Assembly (NCBI GenBank): GCA_964236955.1
Contig: CAXSGP010000052.1
Location: forward strand, 1-32,005
Source of the DNA: an uncultured Oligoflexus sp.
GTDB taxonomy: Bacteria; Bdellovibrionota_B; Oligoflexia; Oligoflexales; Oligoflexaceae
Direction: 5' to 3'
DNA length: 32,005 bases
Both the position numbers and the translations under genes were made by a program. The notes beneath the pieces are model-generated. The model was not told where the DNA came from. It did no database searches and was given only the letters and a program-made list of their open reading frames with translations. Position 1 is the first letter of the stretch. Each line of letters begins with the position of its first letter. Below, in pieces: positions 27,002-32,005 of this stretch.

Positions 27002-28171
27002 ATGCAAGCTGCCACATGTTTACATTCCCTGACTCTTGGTTCAGCGCTCTTTGCTTACACCGGCGTAGTATCGGCCTTGCTTGTGACAAGGCCATTGGCA
27101 GCCGAAGCCCGAATTAAAACAATAGACGAAATAGAGGAACCGACGGCCCGTGATAAGCAGCAGGCAAATGCTCAATCGAGAGAAAGAGTCCCGATCGACG
27201 AAAGGGATATCCTCTTTCCTGATTGGCATACAGATGCCTTCGATTGGAATATAGGGCCCGTTTTAGGCTTTCGCTCTCGATCGACAGAAACCGGAGGAGT
27301 GAAGTACGACACCCTTTCCTCGGAAGCGGGATTGGGAGCTCGCATCAATGGCATTCCCATCGTGCCGGGCAATCCGGGTGGCACGATCGAACCTTACGTC
27401 AGCTACAGCTGGGGGAATCGTAGCCTTAAAGCTAAAAATGCCGCCATTGATGAAACGCAAAGCACAGGTTTTCAAAGGCACTGGTATGGAGTTTTAGGGC
27501 GCATCTATTATCAGGCCTTCCGCTACAGCCTGGATGTCGGAATGGGTAAAATAGAAGGCGATGACAAAGGTTTTGTCGATCTTACGGCCAGGCGCTTTCA
27601 AAACGATTTTGGACTCCTGATCCTGCCCTTTCTTTCGACCCATTACACCGTGACCTCGTTGGCCGTGAAGGAAGGTCAGGATTCTGAACCGACGATCGAT
27701 GAGTTGGATCATTGGATTCATGCCCGCGTGTTTTTCTCCACCCTTAGCTCGACGTTCGATATCGGTCCTGGTCAAACCACGACGGACTATGCGGGCCACC
27801 TCACTCCGGAAAGCCCCTTGCAGCATATAGAGACTGTGCAGGCGACTTATCTCAAAGCTTTGACCTCAATGACTCTTTTTTGGAAACTTGGACTCAGCGG
27901 CTCCGTGAAATATATTTTAAGTGCGGATGAAGTCGAGGGGCTCACCGACAGCATCGACCAGTTACCGAATGAAAGTCTCGCTGAAAACAAAAGCCTATCC
28001 AACCTTCCTCAAGGCAGTTTGGAAGCCTCGGTATTCTTCGGACTTCGCCATATCCTAGGTAACCTGGGTGTGGGCTGGCAGGTCTACTACCTCGAACGCA
28101 ATAATGACAAGACCGCAAAACAGATTTCTCGCGATCAGGGTCTGGTCGTTACGTATGATGCCGGCATATAA
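27002..28171 (+). CDS. probable outer-membrane beta-barrel protein of unknown function
   Basis: N-terminal hydrophobic signal; many amphipathic aromatic/Gly-rich strands (WNIGPVLGF, IEPYVSYSWG, HWYGVLGRIYY, FRYSLDVG, LGVGWQVYY, terminal GLVVTYDAGI). Confidence 0.65.
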   Translation: MQAATCLHSLTLGSALFAYTGVVSALLVTRPLAAEARIKTIDEIEEPTARDKQQANAQSRERVPIDERDILFPDWHTDAFDWNIGPVLGFRSRSTETGGVKYDTLSSEAGLGARINGIPIVPGNPGGTIEPYVSYSWGNRSLKAKNAAIDETQSTGFQRHWYGVLGRIYYQAFRYSLDVGMGKIEGDDKGFVDLTARRFQNDFGLLILPFLSTHYTVTSLAVKEGQDSEPTIDELDHWIHARVFFSTLSSTFDIGPGQTTTDYAGHLTPESPLQHIETVQATYLKALTSMTLFWKLGLSGSVKYILSADEVEGLTDSIDQLPNESLAENKSLSNLPQGSLEASVFFGLRHILGNLGVGWQVYYLERNNDKTAKQISRDQGLVVTYDAGI

Positions 28172-28223
28172 AATTTTGCGGTCGATATTCCGCTTTCCCC
28201 ATCCTTTTAAAGAAGGCCCAAAC

Positions 28224-28808
28224 ATGTCCCATAAAAGCGAGAACCCTGAAATCTATTCCTTTCTCTTAAGTCGCCGCAGCGCGTCCATTCTTTCGGAGCC
28301 TAGCCCTTCGCCTGCTGAGCTTGAAAAGATTCTGGCTCTGTCCGTCACAGTTCCCGATCATGGTGGTCTTAGGCCCTATCGCTTCGTCGTGATAGAAGGG
28401 GCGGCACGCGATGCCTTTGGCGAGGCCTTGATCAACGCGGCTGATGAAGACAGACCTGCAAAGCTCGATGATAAGGTTAAACCCAAAATCAAAGCCAAGG
28501 CTTTTGCAGCGCCCCTGCAGGCTCTGATCATTTTCAGTCCTGTTGCCAATGAAAAAATCCCGGAATGGGAACAAATGGCAGCAGCTTCCTGCACTGGCTT
28601 TGCTCTGACCCTCGGTGCCAATGCCCTTGGTTATGGAGCGGTATGGAAGAACTTTGCGTATGAACCCGGTACGGCATTAAAAGAAATCTGCTCGCTGCAG
28701 GCCCATGAAAAGCTGCTGGGTTGGGTGAATATTGGTACGGATAAAGATCGAGATCGATCGGCTCGCCAGCCCCTGGATATAAAAAAACATGTGAAATTTT
28801 TGAAGTGA
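28224..28808 (+). CDS. nitroreductase, YdjA-like
   Basis: RRS...L.EP.P, PDHGGLRPYRF, KAFAAP, KIPEWEQ motifs; start moved to MSHKSE. Confidence 0.9.
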   Translation: MSHKSENPEIYSFLLSRRSASILSEPSPSPAELEKILALSVTVPDHGGLRPYRFVVIEGAARDAFGEALINAADEDRPAKLDDKVKPKIKAKAFAAPLQALIIFSPVANEKIPEWEQMAAASCTGFALTLGANALGYGAVWKNFAYEPGTALKEICSLQAHEKLLGWVNIGTDKDRDRSARQPLDIKKHVKFLK

Positions 28809-28826
28809 GTTTGTGAGTTTTATAGT

Positions 28827-28866
28827 GCAAAGACTTTGGGCGCGGCCTAAGTCTTTGCTTTTTTTT
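28827..28866 (+). terminator. intrinsic terminator after nitroreductase
   Basis: GCAAAGACTTTGGGC-GCG-GCCTAAGTCTTTGC hairpin followed by T8. Confidence 0.85.
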
Positions 28867-29100
28867 AGAATAAGGTCGATCCATCGGCCATTAAATCACC
28901 TCGTCCGGCATCACAAAAAAAGAAACCCGATTTTATAAATTCGCGGCTTTTCTCCTGAAAATTACCTTATTCGTGACGATAGAGCGCTAATTATCAATGG
29001 TAGATTTAGGGATCTCCATGATAAATTACAAACGATGCGATGCTGCTTCATTGCCTCTTAACTGTTCCTTAATATATCGACAAATGAGGCTCTTTTACAT

Positions 29101-29154
29101 GGTCTTTCAAAGACCTGGCGCGTCTTGACAATCGCAATGAAAAAGTCTCATAAT
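29101..29154 (+). promoter_or_regulatory. sigma-70-like promoter with upstream palindrome for the OYE gene
   Basis: TTGACA (29125-29130), 18 nt, CATAAT (29149-29154); perfect inverted repeat GGTCTTT-C-AAAGACC at 29101-29115. Confidence 0.5.
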
Positions 29155-29195
29155 CCAATGGCGAGCCGCCAATCATGATTCTTTAAGGAGTATTC

Positions 29196-30275
29196 ATGTC
29201 GAAAGATGTCTTGTTTGAATCCTATAAATTAGGTTCACTAAGCTTGAAAAATCGAGTCGTCATGGCTCCGATGACTCGAAATCGATCGCCCGGCAATGTC
29301 CCTGATCATCTGGTCGCTGAATATTATAGTCAAAGGGCTGAAGCGGGTTTGATTATCACAGAAGGCACCTCGCCTTCGCCCCGAGGCCTAGGCTATGCGC
29401 GCATACCAGGTCTCTTTAACGAAGAGCAGGTCAAAGGATGGAAGGCGGCTACAGCCAAGGTTCATGCCGGCGGATCCTTTATCTTTGTTCAACTGATGCA
29501 TACAGGGCGTGCTTCGCATCCCGACAATTTGCCACCAAAAACGCGCATCATAGGCCCTTCGGCCGTCGCCCTGGGTGAAGGTGTTTGGACGGATACGAAC
29601 GGCAACCAGCCAGCACCCGTGCCGGAAGCGATGACGGAAAAAGATATCGAGGAAACCATTCACGAGTATGTGAAATCTGCAGAACTTGCTATCAAGGCTG
29701 GCTTTGACGGAGTCGAAATTCATGGGGCGAATGGTTATCTCGTGGATCAGTTTCTTAATACGGCTTCTAACAAACGCACGGATCAATGGGGTGGCACGGT
29801 CGAAAATCGCGCTCGTTTTGCATTAGAAGTGGCCAAGAAAATAGCTCAAAAAATAGGGCCCGATCGCGTGGGTATGCGAATCTCGCCCTATGGCGCTTTT
29901 AACGGTATGAAGCCTGATCCGGAAATGGATCAACTCTTTGCCTATCTCGCCAGCGGGCTGAGTGCGCTTGCTATCGCTTATGTGCACGTCGTTGATCACA
30001 GTTCGATGGGTGCTCCTGTCGTGAGTGATGCGATCAAAGCGACGATAAGAAAGAATTTTAAGAATACCTATATACTCTCCGGTGGCTACGACCGACCAAG
30101 GGCCGAAAAGGATCTGGAAGCCGGCAAAGGGCAACTTGTTGCTTTTGGTCGACCCTTTATTGCCAATCCACGTTTGGTTAGTAAGCTCATCGAGAACTCG
30201 CCGATGAATCCGCCCGATCCAACGACGTTCTATACGCCGGGAGCTAAGGGTTATACGGATTATCCGGTCAATTGA
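29196..30275 (+). CDS. old yellow enzyme family alkene reductase (NemA-like)
   Basis: NRVVMAPMTR, YYSQRA.AGLIITEG, EIHGANGYL, NKRTDQWGG, FGRPFIANP, GYTDYP; AAGGAG SD. Confidence 0.95.
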   Translation: MSKDVLFESYKLGSLSLKNRVVMAPMTRNRSPGNVPDHLVAEYYSQRAEAGLIITEGTSPSPRGLGYARIPGLFNEEQVKGWKAATAKVHAGGSFIFVQLMHTGRASHPDNLPPKTRIIGPSAVALGEGVWTDTNGNQPAPVPEAMTEKDIEETIHEYVKSAELAIKAGFDGVEIHGANGYLVDQFLNTASNKRTDQWGGTVENRARFALEVAKKIAQKIGPDRVGMRISPYGAFNGMKPDPEMDQLFAYLASGLSALAIAYVHVVDHSSMGAPVVSDAIKATIRKNFKNTYILSGGYDRPRAEKDLEAGKGQLVAFGRPFIANPRLVSKLIENSPMNPPDPTTFYTPGAKGYTDYPVN

Positions 30276-30292
30276 TTTTGAAAGTCTCCAGA

Positions 30293-30323
30293 GCCCTGGC
30301 CATTTTTGGTCAGGGCCTTTTTT
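30293..30323 (+). terminator. intrinsic terminator after OYE
   Basis: GCCCTGGCCA-TTTT-TGGTCAGGGC then C and T6. Confidence 0.85.
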
Positions 30324-30365
30324 ATTTCCGTTTATTTTAAACCTGGCTGAGAAGGGATCCGCTTA

Positions 30366-30701
30366 CTATTCCATTTCCAAGGTGGCTTCAAGCAGATCGA
30401 CGAGGCCTTGGGGGTCCGGAGCGCCAGCCATCTCTTTGACGATTTCGCCTTTGCGAAAGACGATCAGCGTTGGTATGGAGCGAATGCCCAAGCGTGAGGA
30501 GATTGATGGATTGACATCGATGTTGATCTTTATCACGTCGACGTCCCCTTTGAATTCCTGAGCGATCTTTTCAATAAAAGGCGCTATGGCCTTGCAGGGA
30601 CCACACCATGGAGCCCAAAAATCCACAAGCACAACGCCTGGAGCATTCAAGACCTTTTCTTCAAACTGATCATCCCTAATATCTTGAGCAACATTTGCCA
30701 T
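30366..30701 (-). CDS. trxA: thioredoxin
   Basis: VLVDFWAPWCGPCK active site, GIRSIPTL cis-Pro loop; ATG at 30701 with AAGGA upstream. Confidence 0.93.
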   Translation of the reverse strand: MANVAQDIRDDQFEEKVLNAPGVVLVDFWAPWCGPCKAIAPFIEKIAQEFKGDVDVIKINIDVNPSISSRLGIRSIPTLIVFRKGEIVKEMAGAPDPQGLVDLLEATLEME

Positions 30702-30935
30702 CAAAAGTCCTTTTTTAAATCCTAGGCATCGCCTTCAGCGGCAAGCGTTTGCGACTTATGTCAGAGTCGGGGAACCTTAACGTATTTATTTTGACCTGTC
30801 CAATACCGGATGGCTTTAGCGAATCCGAAAGACTGTCAATGGACAATCATTCGCGGGATTCCTGGGGACTTAGTTTTTTTGAAGCCTGGTGACTCTTATT
30901 TTGGCGATGATCCTAATTTCAGGACCCTCTATGAC

Positions 30936-30970
30936 AAAAGCCGAACTCACTGTTGGGCAGGAGTTCGGCT
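30936..30970 (-). terminator. intrinsic terminator of the second collagen-like gene
   Basis: AGCCGAACTC (30939-30948) pairs with GAGTTCGGCT (30961-30970), inner CTG/CAG; short T tail on minus strand. Confidence 0.7.
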
Positions 30971-31028
30971 CTTTCGTTTTGATCGCCTTCGATCCGCTCA
31001 GATAATTCGAGTGAAAATTATTCCCCTC

Positions 31029-32005
31029 CTACTTTGCGGGAGCTCCTGCGTCACCTTTGTCGCCTTTAGGACCCTGAGGACCTGTTTCACCCCGAAGGCC
31101 TTTTTCGCCTTGAATACCCTGATCACCTTTTAGGCCTTGTATGCCCTGGGGACCTGATTCACCACGAAGGCCTTTTTCGCCCGCAATACCCTGATCACCT
31201 TTAAGACCCATGGCACCTTGAACTCCGGTCTCACCTTTGGGACCTTTATCGCCGGGGAGTCCAGCCATGCCCTGAATTCCTGACCCTCCTGCATCGCCCT
31301 TAAGACCGGCGGCTCCGGTATCGCCTTTGTCACCTTTGTCACCTTTGGCACCTGAAGCGCCAGTGGCTCCAGTCGCACCTATTGCACCAGGAAGACCGCT
31401 TGATCCACTTTCACCTCGGTCCCCCTTTAGACCTGGGTCGCCTTTATCGCCCTTGTCTCCTTTTGGTCCTGTTTGGCCTGGGGCGCCTGTTTCCCCTTTG
31501 GGTCCAGGGACGCCTGTTGCTCCACTATCGCCTTTGCTTCCGGCTTGACCGCTTGCCCCGGTTTCCCCTTTAGGTCCGGGAAGGCCGGTTGGTCCTACAT
31601 CACCTTTTTCGCCCTTGGCTCCGAGGGGTCCAGCTGTTCCGCTATCACCCTTGGTTCCAGGAAGACCTGTGGCTCCCGTATCGCCTTTATCACCTTTTGT
31701 TCCCGGTAGACCTGTGGCTCCGCTATCACCTTTGTCGCCTTTTGTTCCGGGAAGACCTGTGGCTCCGCTATCGCCTTTGTCGCCTTTTGTTCCGGGAAGA
31801 CCTGCGGCTCCTGCCGTTCCTGTTTCACCTGTAGCTCCTTTGGGTCCTGGTAGTCCCGTCGCTCCTGTTTCGCCTTTATCGCCTTTATCGCCTTTATCGC
31901 CTTTATCGCCTTTAGGGCCTGTAAGTCCGCTTTCACCTTTGGTACCCGTTTCGCCTTTAGGGCCTGTAAGTCCGCTTTCACCTTTGGTACCCGTTTCGCC
32001 TTTAG
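31029..32005 (-). CDS. collagen-like protein, 3' part only (5' end beyond window)
   Basis: Frame of track ORF 31029..31268 keeps Gly-X-Y register up to the window edge, about 107 triplets, ending GDAGAPAK*. Confidence 0.92.
   Translation of the reverse strand, partial: KGETGTKGESGLTGPKGETGTKGESGLTGPKGDKGDKGDKGDKGETGATGLPGPKGATGETGTAGAAGLPGTKGDKGDSGATGLPGTKGDKGDSGATGLPGTKGDKGDTGATGLPGTKGDSGTAGPLGAKGEKGDVGPTGLPGPKGETGASGQAGSKGDSGATGVPGPKGETGAPGQTGPKGDKGDKGDPGLKGDRGESGSSGLPGAIGATGATGASGAKGDKGDKGDTGAAGLKGDAGGSGIQGMAGLPGDKGPKGETGVQGAMGLKGDQGIAGEKGLRGESGPQGIQGLKGDQGIQGEKGLRGETGPQGPKGDKGDAGAPAK
31645..31815 (-). repeat. degenerate 45-nt tandem repeat, 3 full copies plus a 36-nt partial, encoding approximately GATGLPGTKGDKGDS
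   Basis: Units start at 31681, 31726 and 31771, partial at 31645. Confidence 0.85.
31870..31914 (-). repeat. perfect 9-nt tandem repeat (TCGCCTTTA)x5 encoding a (GDK)n run
   Basis: Read directly at 31870, 31879, 31888, 31897 and 31906. Confidence 0.95.
31906..32005 (-). repeat. perfect 45-nt tandem repeat, two copies plus start of a third, encoding GETGTKGESGLTGPK
   Basis: 31906-31950 identical to 31951-31995; third copy begins at 31996 and is cut by the window end. Confidence 0.95.

Noticed and set aside
30797..30846. Imperfect hairpin with TTGACA upstream of trxA
   Set aside because: No adequate -10 at the right spacing and no recognisable riboswitch motif
31645..32005. Regular repeats resembling a CRISPR array
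   Set aside because: No unique spacers; units are multiples of 9 nt within a Gly-X-Y coding frame; no cas genes

Overview
Bacterial chromosomal window (about 50% GC by eye) with no rRNA, tRNA, CRISPR array or recognisable mobile element. The gene mix (secreted collagen-like proteins, a lipoprotein deiminase, TM2 and BON proteins) suggests Bdellovibrionota/Oligoflexia, but this is inference only. Left part (1-7.5 kb): upp, a 55-aa ORF below the track cut-off, an ElaB/YqjD-like tail-anchored protein, a BON protein, an AlkC-type DNA glycosylase, an exported agmatine/peptidyl-arginine deiminase, a double-TM2 protein, a secreted unknown and a HAD phosphatase. Centre (7.6-22.3 kb, minus strand): a seven-gene pfa/hglE-like iterative type I PKS cluster, with the first six genes overlapping or abutting. 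Its order is ER-KS-AT-ACP-KR, a KS-less AT-DH-PPTase, a free ACP, two paralogous alpha/beta hydrolases, a GT1 glycosyltransferase and a membrane methyltransferase carrying a degenerate GT2 half-domain. It probably makes a glycosylated, methylated lipid or polyketide and is the best candidate for an undescribed system. A 1.2 kb hairpin-rich intergenic region precedes it. Right part: a secreted three-repeat MABP-like beta-prism protein, a secreted 165-triplet collagen-like fibre, a probable outer-membrane beta-barrel, a YdjA nitroreductase, an old yellow enzyme, thioredoxin, and the 3' part of a second collagen-like gene with perfect in-frame tandem repeats running off the window.
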